Origin: an uncultured delta proteobacterium
GTDB taxonomy: Bacteria; Desulfobacterota; Desulfomonilia; UBA1062
Direction of reading: 5' to 3'
Assembly (NCBI GenBank): GCA_963847605.1
Contig: CAWKAM010000001.1
Span: 78,351 to 142,350 of the forward strand
DNA: 64,000 bases
Shown: positions 41,226 through 50,905 of the stretch, piece after piece
Layout: each line of letters starts with the position of its first letter
How positions within the stretch are numbered: the stretch's first letter is position 1
The notes under the pieces: model-generated
Seen by the model: the letters and a program-made list of their open reading frames with translations, nothing else
Databases searched by the model: none
What the model was told of the DNA's origin: nothing
Translations under genes and position numbers: made by a program

Positions 41226-43175
41226 TCAGCTTAGAGTAATCACGTGGGCTATAGTTTCGATCATGCCCACCTGGCCGTCACGGTAGCGGACCTTGCCCTT
41301 TACCGGAAGATTCTTGAGCCCCGAGTACATGGCCTCGATCATGGGCAGATAAAGGCCATAGACGAAACGCCTCCTCACCTTGCCTGTTCGGGTGAGCTCC
41401 TCATCGTCTGCATCCAGCAGCTTGTAGAGCAGGATGAACCGCTTGATCTTCATAGGCCCCGGCAGCTCGGTGTTGACCTTTTTCACCTCTTCAAGGATCA
41501 GTTGTTCCACCTCGGGCCTTTGAGAGAGATCGGTATACGTCGTATAGGGGATCATGCGGTCCTCGGCCCAGTTGCCCACATTACCCATATCGATGTTGAT
41601 GAGCGCCGTAATGAAGGGGCGGCCTTCACCGAAGATGACCGCTTCCTTTATATATAAAGAGAATTTGAGCCTGGTTTCAATGAAGTCAGGGGAGAATGCG
41701 TTGCCTTCCTTGTCGCGGATGATGTCCTGCTTTCTCCCGATGATGATGAGGTGTCCATCATCGTCGAAGTAGCCTGCATCGCCGGTCAAAAACCATCCAT
41801 CTTCAAAGGCCTTTTCCGTGGATTCATAGTCATTGTAGTATCCTTCAAAGATCGAGCCGGAGAGAACCATGACCTCCTGGTCCTTGGACAACTTCACTTG
41901 GGTGCCGGGCAGCGGCTTGCCCACGGTCTCGGGCTTCACCTCGTCATCGGGCTGCACCTGGAAGATCCCGCAGGTCTCGGTAAGGCCGTAGCATTGCTTG
42001 AGGTTCAATCCGCAGGCCCTGAAAAAACGGATTACATCCGGACTGATGGGGTGGCCCCCGGTGTATGCGCTGATGAACTGTGAACAGCCCACGCGGTCCA
42101 TCAGGTGATTGAATACCAGGGCCTTGGCCAGACCATGCAGGAGCCGTAGGCCAAAAGAGATGGGTTTTTTAGATGATTTCCGGTCGATAGAGGCAAAGCC
42201 GATACGCTCGGCAAAAGCAAAGAAGGCCCGGTTGATGGGCCCCGCATCATCTATCTTGACCCTGATCTTAGAGGCCAGATCCTCCCAGAAGCGTGATGAA
42301 GAAATGAGCAGACCCGGGCCGATCTCGCGGAAGTCGGCGGTCACGGTCTCGAGCGTCTCAGGGAAGTTCATGGTCATGCCACCGAAGAGGGCCACGCCGA
42401 AACCCCACATCTGGTCCACGATCCAGGCAGGAGGGGTCATGGAGAGCCAGTTGGCCCCGATATGGACCGGAGAAGACAAGGTCCACTTCTTTCCCATGTC
42501 CGCATAGTTCTTGTGGCTGAGCATGGCGAGCTTGGAAATGCCCGTGGTGCCCGATGTCAGGATCATATGGGCAACATCTCCCGCCTTGCCCTTGGAAAGT
42601 TCCTCAGCAAACAGACCCGGGTGCCTGGCCTCATGCTTCCTGCCGAGGTCCAGCAGGTCTTTATAGCTCATGAGGATCTTGTTGCTCTCATAACCCCTCA
42701 TACCCGTTGGGTCCACGTAGATGATGAACTTAAGGTGCGTGAGTTTGCCCATCTGCTCCAGGAGCTTATCCACCTGTTCCTGGTCCTGTACGATGACGAA
42801 GCTTGCCTGGATGCGGTTTAGGGCAGAGGCCAATTCGTTTGCAATGGCAGAGGTAAAGAGGTTTAATGTAACAGCGCCGAAGGCCTGGGAGCCAAGCTGG
42901 GTGAACAGCCACTCGGGGTGGTTGTTCATGATGATGCCCACGTGGTCGTGACGGCCAAGCCCCAGGGCCTTGAGCCCAAGCCCGGTATATTTCACATACG
43001 AAAGGTAGTCTTCCCACGTGTAGGTCTGCCAGATGCCATAGGCCTTTTCGCGGATGGCAAGATGCTTGTTACCAAAGAGCTCGGCCTGCTTTGCAAGGGC
43101 CTGAGGCAGTGTGCAGGCGGTCAATTCTTCGAGATGCTCGGTGCTGACCTTCCTGAAAGAGTTTCCTTTGCCCAT
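41226..43175 (-). CDS. AMP-dependent synthetase/ligase (long-chain acyl-CoA synthetase-like) embedded in the ABC operon
   Basis: AMP-binding motif ILTSGTTGISK. 649 aa. Confidence 0.85.
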   Translation of the reverse strand: MGKGNSFRKVSTEHLEELTACTLPQALAKQAELFGNKHLAIREKAYGIWQTYTWEDYLSYVKYTGLGLKALGLGRHDHVGIIMNNHPEWLFTQLGSQAFGAVTLNLFTSAIANELASALNRIQASFVIVQDQEQVDKLLEQMGKLTHLKFIIYVDPTGMRGYESNKILMSYKDLLDLGRKHEARHPGLFAEELSKGKAGDVAHMILTSGTTGISKLAMLSHKNYADMGKKWTLSSPVHIGANWLSMTPPAWIVDQMWGFGVALFGGMTMNFPETLETVTADFREIGPGLLISSSRFWEDLASKIRVKIDDAGPINRAFFAFAERIGFASIDRKSSKKPISFGLRLLHGLAKALVFNHLMDRVGCSQFISAYTGGHPISPDVIRFFRACGLNLKQCYGLTETCGIFQVQPDDEVKPETVGKPLPGTQVKLSKDQEVMVLSGSIFEGYYNDYESTEKAFEDGWFLTGDAGYFDDDGHLIIIGRKQDIIRDKEGNAFSPDFIETRLKFSLYIKEAVIFGEGRPFITALINIDMGNVGNWAEDRMIPYTTYTDLSQRPEVEQLILEEVKKVNTELPGPMKIKRFILLYKLLDADDEELTRTGKVRRRFVYGLYLPMIEAMYSGLKNLPVKGKVRYRDGQVGMIETIAHVITLS

Positions 43176-43184
43176 GCTCTGGCC

Positions 43185-43991
43185 CTATGCCCTTTCCTGT
43201 ATGCTCAAGCCAAGGTCCGTGGTGTCTCCGAGGTAGGCCTTGATGACATCGGGGTGGTCCTGGATTTCCTCTGGCAGGCCCTCTGCAATCTTCTCCCCGA
43301 AGTTGAGCACAATGACACGCTCGGATATGCTCATGACAATGGACATGTCGTGCTCCACCAGGATCATGGTCTGGCCCCAGCCGTCGTGCAGTTCCAGCAG
43401 GAAGCGCACCATGTCTTCTTTTTCTTCCAGGGTCATGCCGGCAAAGGGCTCGTCCAGCACGAGCAGGCTGGGCTCAGAGGCAAGGGCCCTGCCGAGCTCC
43501 ACCCGCTTGCGAAGGCCATAGGGCAGTGATCCCACGAGCTCCTTGCGGATGGATTGCATCTCGAGGAAATCGATGATCTCTTCCAATATCTCATGGTGAG
43601 CGATCTCTTCTTTTTTGACAGAAGGAGAATACAGGCACGCCAGGCCGAAGTTATAGGAGGAGCGGGTGTGGCGGGCCAACAGCATGTTCTGGAGAACGGT
43701 CATGCCCGGGAAGAGCTCGATGTTCTGGAAGGTCCTGCCGATTCCCAGCGAGGTGAGCTTATGTGTGCGCATGCGCACGATGCTTCGGCCGTTGAAGATG
43801 ATATCACCTGAGGTTGCCTTGTAGAACCCGGTGACGCAGTTAAGAAGGCTGGTCTTACCTGCGCCGTTGGGCCCGATGACGGCCACGAGTTCGCCGGTGT
43901 GGACGGACAGGTCCACATTCTTGACGGCCTGGATGCCGCCGAAGGCGAGAGACAGGCCTTTGACTTCCAGCTCGGCCTGCCTGAGCGCCAT
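43185..43991 (-). CDS. livG: branched-chain amino acid-type ABC transporter ATP-binding protein (LivG-like)
   Basis: From the ATG at 43991, MALRQAELEVKGLSLAFGGIQAVKNVDL...GPNGAGKTS aligns with LivG N-termini. The ORF track extends to a GTG at 44036. Confidence 0.88.
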   Translation of the reverse strand: MALRQAELEVKGLSLAFGGIQAVKNVDLSVHTGELVAVIGPNGAGKTSLLNCVTGFYKATSGDIIFNGRSIVRMRTHKLTSLGIGRTFQNIELFPGMTVLQNMLLARHTRSSYNFGLACLYSPSVKKEEIAHHEILEEIIDFLEMQSIRKELVGSLPYGLRKRVELGRALASEPSLLVLDEPFAGMTLEEKEDMVRFLLELHDGWGQTMILVEHDMSIVMSISERVIVLNFGEKIAEGLPEEIQDHPDVIKAYLGDTTDLGLSIQERA

Positions 43992-44049
43992 CTTTTCGGC
44001 TGAGAATATTCGTGGATGCCCTCGAAATGCCCTCACTCGTTATCCTTTG

Positions 44050-45258
44050 CTACTTCAGTATCTGGATCTTGTCCTTGCCGGGGGTGAAGAAGTTGGTCAA
44101 CGGGGTAAAGGTCTCGTTCTCATGGATCTGGACGATACGGCCCTTGAAGGATGCACCATGGTCTTCCTTGGTATAGGTAATGTTGGGGACCAGACCGCCG
44201 AAGTCCTCGTTATTGAATGTCTCGAGGGCCTTGTTGATGTTCTCGGGTGTGATTTGTCCGAAATTCTCCTGGGCCCTGATGAAGGCCTTCTCCATGATCA
44301 TGCCCACAACCACGCCCTCCCAGTAGGCGGTATCGAAGGAGTCGACGGTCTTATATCGCTTCCAGAGTTCCTCCATGATCTTCATGCCCGGGGCTTTGTC
44401 CGATGGCAGGCCGCCGCAGAACTGCATCTTCACGCGGTCGCGGATGAGGCCTTTGCCGTTTTTAAAAAAATCGGGATCGGTTGAAGTCCAGGTGCCGATG
44501 AAGACCGGGTTGTAACCGATGCGGTCTGCGCTCTTGAGCGTGCTGATGATGGCAGCAGGCAGCATCTGTATGAACACATACTGGGCGCCTTTCTGCTTGA
44601 GCCGCAAGAGCTCGGTGGTAAGGTCCACCGTCTGTGGCGGGAACTCCTCGATGGAGACTAAGTCTATGTTCTTACCCTTGGCGTATTCCTTACTCGGTTC
44701 GTGAATGGAGCGGCCGTAGGGGTTGTTGTATGTAAGCAGGCCGACCTTCGGCACACCGGGGCCTTTATGCACGGCAGCGATATACTCCATGACCACCTGG
44801 CAGTCGAGCTTGTAGTTGCCGAAAGGCAGGTACATATAGTCAACAGGCGGCTGGAGGATCTCCCAGGCCGTGGAGTAGTTGATGGCCGGGATCTTGAACT
44901 GCTGGAGCAGAGGCTTCGCCTGGATGCCTTCTCCTGCACTCCAGGTGGCGATCATGTCAACCTTGTCCTGCATGGCGAACTTTCTTACCGCAGCTACGGC
45001 CTCGGGCGCCTTATATGCGGTATCAACCGTGATCATCTGGATCTTGTTGCCCTTGACCCCACCCTTGACCTCGTTGACATACTTGAAGTAGTCCTGCTGG
45101 CCCTTGGCATGGTATTGGCCCCAGGTGGATGCCGGGCCGGTGAGGTTGATGGCAGCGCCCACCTTGATGTCCTTTGCATAGACCGCCGGCGCAGCAAGCA
45201 TGCAGGCAACAAGCAGCATACCTCCCATGATCAGTGCATTTCTCATTCTCCTCTTCAT
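44050..45258 (-). CDS. ABC transporter periplasmic substrate-binding protein (LivK / Leu-Ile-Val-binding family)
   Basis: Signal peptide MKRRMRNALIMGGMLLVACMLAAPAVYA. 402 aa. Type-I periplasmic binding fold. First gene of the minus-strand operon. Confidence 0.85.
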   Translation of the reverse strand: MKRRMRNALIMGGMLLVACMLAAPAVYAKDIKVGAAINLTGPASTWGQYHAKGQQDYFKYVNEVKGGVKGNKIQMITVDTAYKAPEAVAAVRKFAMQDKVDMIATWSAGEGIQAKPLLQQFKIPAINYSTAWEILQPPVDYMYLPFGNYKLDCQVVMEYIAAVHKGPGVPKVGLLTYNNPYGRSIHEPSKEYAKGKNIDLVSIEEFPPQTVDLTTELLRLKQKGAQYVFIQMLPAAIISTLKSADRIGYNPVFIGTWTSTDPDFFKNGKGLIRDRVKMQFCGGLPSDKAPGMKIMEELWKRYKTVDSFDTAYWEGVVVGMIMEKAFIRAQENFGQITPENINKALETFNNEDFGGLVPNITYTKEDHGASFKGRIVQIHENETFTPLTNFFTPGKDKIQILK

Positions 45259-45325
45259 TTCAATTCCTCCCTTATCTTTATTTTACTGTCCACCACACCT
45301 GTGATGGGATCTTCACATCCCTAAA

Positions 45326-45374
45326 ATAAAAAAAGCCGCAGGTAGACAAAACCGGTCTACCTACGGCTTTTTTT
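45326..45374. terminator. bidirectional Rho-independent terminator
   Basis: AAAAAAA-GCCGCAGGTAGAC-aaaaccg-GTCTACCTACGGC-TTTTTTT. 13-bp stem with 1 mismatch, A-run on one side and T-run on the other. Separates the radical-SAM-like gene from the downstream liv-type operon. Confidence 0.8.
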
Positions 45375-45547
45375 GACTAGATCTAAAAAAGCTTAAACGC
45401 AGGCAGACCTAATCAAAAAAGAAGAACCCGAATGAAGTATTTGTCAGAAGTCTAGATGCCATAGACTAGGGGCTTTAAAGAAAACGCACCGAGAAGTCAA
45501 GGAAAAACTGGAAAGAGATGTGTGGAGTACAGGCTTAATAGCTCATA

Positions 45548-46441
45548 TTAAATAACCGACGGTATCGAACGGTAATGGTTCTGCCGCTGTTGTACAGGTA
45601 GTTCGAGGAACGTGTTGATGAGGCGCAGCATCTCTTGCTTGTCCTCATCAAGCCTGCCGAAGACCTGGATGTAGTTGTTCGCATGATCGCAGGCGAGCAC
45701 GGTAGGCGAGGGGTCGAGGGCCTCAACGAGATCCCTTAACTCTATCACCGTGCCTTCCGGGGTCTGCTCCATGAACTCTTCGGCATCGATCTTCTCCATC
45801 AGCCGCGACATGGGGTGGATCCACAGCCGACGCACGCGGACGAAATGGGGCTTCACCTCATTAATCACAAAAGCGGTACCCTTCACATGGTCCTCCCACA
45901 GTGCAAGTCCCCCCAGCCCCAAAAGGAAGTAATAGGACAACTCCATACCCGATTCGACAGTCTTTTTCCCGGCATCGATAAGCTGGACCTGGCTCGTACC
46001 CTTTTTCTGGAGCTTGAGTACCGCATCCGACCCGCTCTCCATGCCTACATGAGCCCGGTCGAGGCCGGCATCATGGATGGCCCTGAGCTCTTCGGCTGAC
46101 TTCTTAGCTAGGCTCGATGCCCTTGCGTATGAGGTGACCCGCGTTAGGGAAGGGAACTTTTTCCGAAGGTGCGTCAGCACCTCAACCAGGAAGTCCGTGG
46201 GCAGGGCAAGGGGGTTCGCATCACCCAAAAATGCGGTCTTGAATATGTCACCGTACATGTCTGAGAGCGTGTCGATGTCCTTGATAACCTCATCGAGGCC
46301 GCGCTCAGAATAGGAGGTGTCGAAATAGTCATAGATGCCGCAGAACATACACCTGTTCCAGTTGCAACCTCTTACGGTCCTTATCAGAAGGCTCTTGGCC
46401 TCGCTGGGAGGTCGGATGACGAGATGTTCGGGGACATGCAT
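45548..46441 (-). CDS. radical-SAM-like protein with a non-canonical CX4CX2C motif (paralog A)
   Basis: 297 aa. IRPPSEAKSLLIRTVRGCNWNRCMFCGIYD. Paralogous to 48715..49593 (FRPPSEARSLIFQVTLGCSWNRCLFCAMYK). The Cys spacing resembles Elp3-type clusters rather than CX3CX2C. Confidence 0.7.
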   Translation of the reverse strand: MHVPEHLVIRPPSEAKSLLIRTVRGCNWNRCMFCGIYDYFDTSYSERGLDEVIKDIDTLSDMYGDIFKTAFLGDANPLALPTDFLVEVLTHLRKKFPSLTRVTSYARASSLAKKSAEELRAIHDAGLDRAHVGMESGSDAVLKLQKKGTSQVQLIDAGKKTVESGMELSYYFLLGLGGLALWEDHVKGTAFVINEVKPHFVRVRRLWIHPMSRLMEKIDAEEFMEQTPEGTVIELRDLVEALDPSPTVLACDHANNYIQVFGRLDEDKQEMLRLINTFLELPVQQRQNHYRSIPSVI

Positions 46442-46678
46442 GAGACTGTTATAGGGCGGGAAATTAGGTTGGTCAAGGATGAGAGGAACCGGAAATCAAA
46501 AGCCGGCACTTAAGCAGGGGAAATGGCAATCAACCGGTGCACCTCCTTATATGGGAGTTCACAGGAATCTTGTTATGGGAAGCACAGTTTAGTGTTTTCT
46601 CAAGGGAGACATATGTATATGATGAAATGCATAAATTTGTTCTTTCACGAACTCATCTTTACAAGAGAAGGAGATTCT

Positions 46679-47950
46679 ATGTGCGATACTATTGGAATTG
46701 GACCAAAATTTACCAGTTCCGGTATAAGCACCTTCGGAAAGAACTCGGACAGGGAGGCCGACGAAGCGCAGCTTGTCCTTTCGGTTCCTCGGGAAAGCCA
46801 TCCTGAAAGGGAAGTCCTTAAATGCACCCATATTGCGATTCCCCAGGTAAGTTATACCCACGCCATTGTAATAAGTAAGCCCTTCTGGATCTGGGGAGCG
46901 GAGATGGGTGTAAATGAGAAGGGCGTAGTCATTGGGAATGAGGCCCTATTCACAAAGATCAAACCCGAGAAGGAGCAGGGGCTCATCGGGATGGATCTCT
47001 TGCGGCTTGCGCTTGAAAGGTCGGGCACGGCCGAAGAGGCGGCGGGTGTCATTATCGATCTCTTAAGTAAATATGGACAGGCCGGTCCATGCGGTTACCG
47101 CGACAAGAAGTTCAGTTATATGAACTCATTTATTATTATGGATCGGGACCGCATCATGATTCTAGAGACTGCCGGCAGGGACTATGCCGTCAAACTCCAT
47201 AACGATTTTGCCGTTATCTCAAATGGGATTACCATCACTTCAGATTGGGACCGGTCTTCATTTGCCAAGGGCACCGATTTGAGTATCTTAACCGACCCCA
47301 TTACTACTTATTTTGCCGGCAGTGTTTTCAGGAAAAGGCAAAATGATGCCGCCATACTGAAGGGAAAAGGCAGTATCGGAATAACCGATGTGTTTAGCAT
47401 GCTGAGAAGCCACTATGGTCCTACACCATCCGAAGGCTTCAACCGTGATGTTTGTATGCATGTATCAGATCCATTGATCAGGAGGTCCCAGACAACAGGT
47501 TCCATGGTAGTAGAACTACACCCGGACGATAAGATCAGGATATTTGTTACTGCGGGTTCCGCCCCGTGCCTTACACCATTTAAACCGTTCATGCCTGCAG
47601 CACCTTTCACGGATACGTCCAAGGGGGGCAGTGTTTATTCCGAAGATTCATTCTGGTGGCGGCATGAGGCGTATCATATCAATGCCGTCCTCCGGTATGA
47701 TTCCGTGAAACCCCTGGTTCAGGGAAGCATCATGGATCTTGAGGCACAATGGTCTGAATACGTACCGGCCCATGTGTGGGATAGCAGTGAAGATTCATAT
47801 AGAGAGACCTCCCACAAGGCATTTATACAGTCGGATAGAATGGAAAGGGCTATAATGGAGCACATGAGAGAGATGAAAAGGCCTGCAACCAGACTGTCTT
47901 ATTTTTACCTGAAGCATATTGCACGACGTACAGGGATTCCCATCGTATAA
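46679..47950 (+). CDS. peptidase family C69-like (Ntn-hydrolase dipeptidase / secernin-like) with Cys2 nucleophile
   Basis: From the ATG at 46679 (RBS AGAAGGAGA) the protein begins MCDTIGIG...GKNSDRE. This fits the C69 pattern C[ST]T.[IL]..G....DGS...RNED, with Cys directly after the initiator Met. The ORF-track start at 46523 is an upstream extension. Confidence 0.7.
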   Translation: MCDTIGIGPKFTSSGISTFGKNSDREADEAQLVLSVPRESHPEREVLKCTHIAIPQVSYTHAIVISKPFWIWGAEMGVNEKGVVIGNEALFTKIKPEKEQGLIGMDLLRLALERSGTAEEAAGVIIDLLSKYGQAGPCGYRDKKFSYMNSFIIMDRDRIMILETAGRDYAVKLHNDFAVISNGITITSDWDRSSFAKGTDLSILTDPITTYFAGSVFRKRQNDAAILKGKGSIGITDVFSMLRSHYGPTPSEGFNRDVCMHVSDPLIRRSQTTGSMVVELHPDDKIRIFVTAGSAPCLTPFKPFMPAAPFTDTSKGGSVYSEDSFWWRHEAYHINAVLRYDSVKPLVQGSIMDLEAQWSEYVPAHVWDSSEDSYRETSHKAFIQSDRMERAIMEHMREMKRPATRLSYFYLKHIARRTGIPIV

Positions 47951-47980
47951 AACAGTGACAGGTCTTTTGCTCGATGAAGG

Positions 47981-48436
47981 ATGGCTTCCTTTGTTCCCAT
48001 CGTTGCCGGAATGAGGTACAAGATCTTTATGGATCTCTGCTACAGGCCAATCGGCTTCATGCACTGCGAGCTTGTTAATTCTGATATGGCACCCAAGTTC
48101 TATACCGCCTCAGAAATCAGAGGTACCATCGAGATATTAGAGCCGTATGTGGAAGGCCTTGCAGGGTTAAATGAGTATGATCGCATAGTAGTCCTCTTCC
48201 ACTTCCATCGCTCGGAAGGCTTCACACTTAAGCAGAAACGCAGGGGGGAGGGAGAGCTTAAGGGGGTGTTCAGCCTGTGCTCGCCGAACCGGCCCAATGC
48301 CATCGGCATGTCGATCCTGCGGCTGATAAGGGTTGAGGGCAATACACTCTTTGTGGATAATGTAGACCTGCTGGACGGCACACCCATTTTGGACATCAAG
48401 CCCTATAAATCACAGGATTACCCGAAGGGGGAATAA
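47981..48436 (+). CDS. TrmO/TsaA (YaeB-like, UPF0066) N-terminal-domain protein
   Basis: KGVFSLCSPNRPNAIGMSILRLIRVEGNTLFVDNVDLLDGTPILDIKPY aligns with the TrmO core (…RPNPIGMS…LDLVDGTPVVDIKPY). Only the N-terminal beta-barrel domain is present. The start codon is ambiguous (47981, 48011 or 48029). Confidence 0.7.
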   Translation: MASFVPIVAGMRYKIFMDLCYRPIGFMHCELVNSDMAPKFYTASEIRGTIEILEPYVEGLAGLNEYDRIVVLFHFHRSEGFTLKQKRRGEGELKGVFSLCSPNRPNAIGMSILRLIRVEGNTLFVDNVDLLDGTPILDIKPYKSQDYPKGE

Positions 48437-48714
48437 CAGAGGCTCATCTTGGACGCCATGGTCGGGAAGCCCTTCTCCCTCTTTATAAAATGGGGTGTCG
48501 TGGCAGGCATATTGAACGGCAACATAGCTTGGGATTGAATTTTTTCCCCTGTTATGGTTTTGTATTACACTTGGAGATGGAAACGAGGAGAGAGGTGCGC
48601 TCATTAAAAGCACATCCGAAGTAGTACACAGGACGGATAGCTTTCTGACAGGGCCCACGCACCATCCGGTAACGAAAAACATACATCATGAGAAGAGTAT
48701 CAAGGAGACAGCCG

Positions 48715-49593
48715 ATGGAATACGATATGCCCCTATTCAGGCCGCCCTCGGAGGCGAGGTCGCTCATCTTCCAGGTAACTTTGGGCTGCTCGTGGAACAG
48801 GTGTCTGTTCTGCGCCATGTACAAGACCAAGAAATTCCTGGTGCGTCCTTTTGAAGAGGTTGAAAAGGATGTCATCGAGATGTCGTGGCGATACCCGAAC
48901 ACCCGTAAGATCTTTCTGGCCGATGGAGATCCCCTGGCAGCACCCGCGGACTTTATCATCAAGGTCCTTACCCTCATGAATCAGAGGTTCCCCAAGCTGG
49001 AACGCATCAGCACCTATGCGGGGCCCACCAACCTGAAAGCCAAGACAAAAGAAGAGCTCAAGGAGTTCAAGGCGCGCAAGCTCGATGTCCTTTATCTCGG
49101 CATCGAAACGGGCAACGACGCACTCCTGAAAAAGATCAAGAAGGGTGCGACCTCAAAGCAGATCATCGAGGTGAGCAGAAAGGCAATTGATGCGGGCCTG
49201 CGCATGTCCACCTTCATCATCCTGGGCCTCGGCGGCGTGGACGGCAGCCATGCCCATGCCAAGGACTCGGCCCGTGTTGCCAATGCCATCGACCCGCACT
49301 TCCTGGCCACGCTCACTCTCATGCTGGGACCCTACGAGAAGGTCTATGAAGAGGAGCTCATGGGCGACGGGTTCAAGCTGATCGACAAGAAGCAGTCTCT
49401 TCAGGAGCTCAGGTGGTTTGTAGAGGACCTCACGCTCACAAACTGCAAGTTCGGCTCGGAACACGCATCCAACTACCTGCCCATCAGCGGGACCCTGCCC
49501 CGGGACAAGGAGGAGATCCTGTGGCTCATCGACCAGGCCCTTGCCGACACCTCCTCGAATATGATTCGGCCCGAATGGGAGCGCGGTCTCTGA
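48715..49593 (+). CDS. radical-SAM-like protein with a non-canonical CX4CX2C motif (paralog B)
   Basis: ATG at 48715 is 5 nt after AAGGAGA (MEYDMPLFRPPSEARSLIFQVTLGCSWNRCLFC...). 292 aa. The ORF track starts at 48688. Confidence 0.7.
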   Translation: MEYDMPLFRPPSEARSLIFQVTLGCSWNRCLFCAMYKTKKFLVRPFEEVEKDVIEMSWRYPNTRKIFLADGDPLAAPADFIIKVLTLMNQRFPKLERISTYAGPTNLKAKTKEELKEFKARKLDVLYLGIETGNDALLKKIKKGATSKQIIEVSRKAIDAGLRMSTFIILGLGGVDGSHAHAKDSARVANAIDPHFLATLTLMLGPYEKVYEEELMGDGFKLIDKKQSLQELRWFVEDLTLTNCKFGSEHASNYLPISGTLPRDKEEILWLIDQALADTSSNMIRPEWERGL

Positions 49594-49636
49594 TGCTCCA
49601 AAGTCTGAACACTTCACGAGCTTAAGGAGAATATGT

Positions 49637-50905
49637 GTGATCAATGCAATACGCGGCATGAACGACATCTTGCCCGACGAAGCTGCCAAGTGGCGCTTCG
49701 TTGAGGATACTACACGCAGGATTTTCTCGCTCTACGGCTTCTCCGAGCTGCGTCCGCCCGTAATGGAGCGGACCGAGCTCTTCCTGCGGGGCATAGGCTA
49801 TGACACCGATGTGGTGGAAAAACAGATGTACACCTTCACGGACAAGTCCGGCGACTCGGTCAGCTTAAGGCCCGAGGCCACGGCATGCGTGCTCCGCGCG
49901 GTCATCGAGCACGGCCTGCTGAACAAGGACCCCATTGTCAAGCTTTACAGCATCGGCCCTATGTTCCGTTATGAGCGGCCCCAGAAGGGGAGATACCGCC
50001 AGTTCCACCAGATCAATGCAGAGCGCCTTGGCGAGGACGGCCCCCTGGCCGACGCTGAGACCCTTGCCATGGCCTATGACCTGGCGAGCTCACTATTGGG
50101 CAAAGAAGCGCTGCTCATGGAGGTAAACTCTCTGGGCTGCAAGGCCTGCAGGCCTGCATTCAAAGAGGCATTGCAGCAGTTCCTGGCTTCACGGCAGGAC
50201 AGCCTCTGCGAAGATTGCAGGAGGCGGATGCATACGAACCCTCTACGGGTCCTGGATTGCAAGGTGCCGACCTGCAAGGAGGCTGTGGAGGGGGCACCCT
50301 TCATTGAAGATCATCTCTGCGATGACTGCAGGACCCACTATGGGACGGTCCTTACCGGACTGAGCACCCTTGGCGTGCGGTATGAGAAAAACCCCAGGCT
50401 GGTCCGCGGGCTTGACTACTACACCAGGACCACCTTCGAGATTACGGCCACGGGCTTGGGCTCCCAGAATGCGATAGTAGGCGGCGGCAGGTATGACGAC
50501 CTCCTGAGCACCCTGGACGGGCCGGCAGTGGGGGGTATCGGCTTCGCCTTCGGCATGGAGCGTATGATCATGCTCATGGGTGAACCCCGGGAGCAGCTCG
50601 CGGGGTGCTTTGTGGTGAGCCAGGCCGAGCCACGGGTAGAGCAGGAGGCCTTAGGCCTTATCTCCGAGCTCAGGTCTGCAGGCATCCGGGCCGAGGCCGC
50701 CTTCGGCAAGAGCTTCAAGGCACAGATGCGCCGCGCCGACAAGGCGGGCTACCCCATCTGTGTCATCATGGGCGAGAATGAGATAAATTCCTCCACCCTG
50801 AGCGTCAAGGACATGTCGGGCCATGTGCCTCAGCGTACTATCGAGCGAACGGCTGTCCTTAATGAAATCAAATCCATGCTTGTGAATAAAGGAGAGAATG
50901 CGTGA
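49637..50905 (+). CDS. hisS: histidine--tRNA ligase
   Basis: GTG start 6 nt after [22 protein letters not shown] is the HisRS motif 1 region. 422 aa. Confidence 0.9.
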   Translation: MINAIRGMNDILPDEAAKWRFVEDTTRRIFSLYGFSELRPPVMERTELFLRGIGYDTDVVEKQMYTFTDKSGDSVSLRPEATACVLRAVIEHGLLNKDPIVKLYSIGPMFRYERPQKGRYRQFHQINAERLGEDGPLADAETLAMAYDLASSLLGKEALLMEVNSLGCKACRPAFKEALQQFLASRQDSLCEDCRRRMHTNPLRVLDCKVPTCKEAVEGAPFIEDHLCDDCRTHYGTVLTGLSTLGVRYEKNPRLVRGLDYYTRTTFEITATGLGSQNAIVGGGRYDDLLSTLDGPAVGGIGFAFGMERMIMLMGEPREQLAGCFVVSQAEPRVEQEALGLISELRSAGIRAEAAFGKSFKAQMRRADKAGYPICVIMGENEINSSTLSVKDMSGHVPQRTIERTAVLNEIKSMLVNKGENA

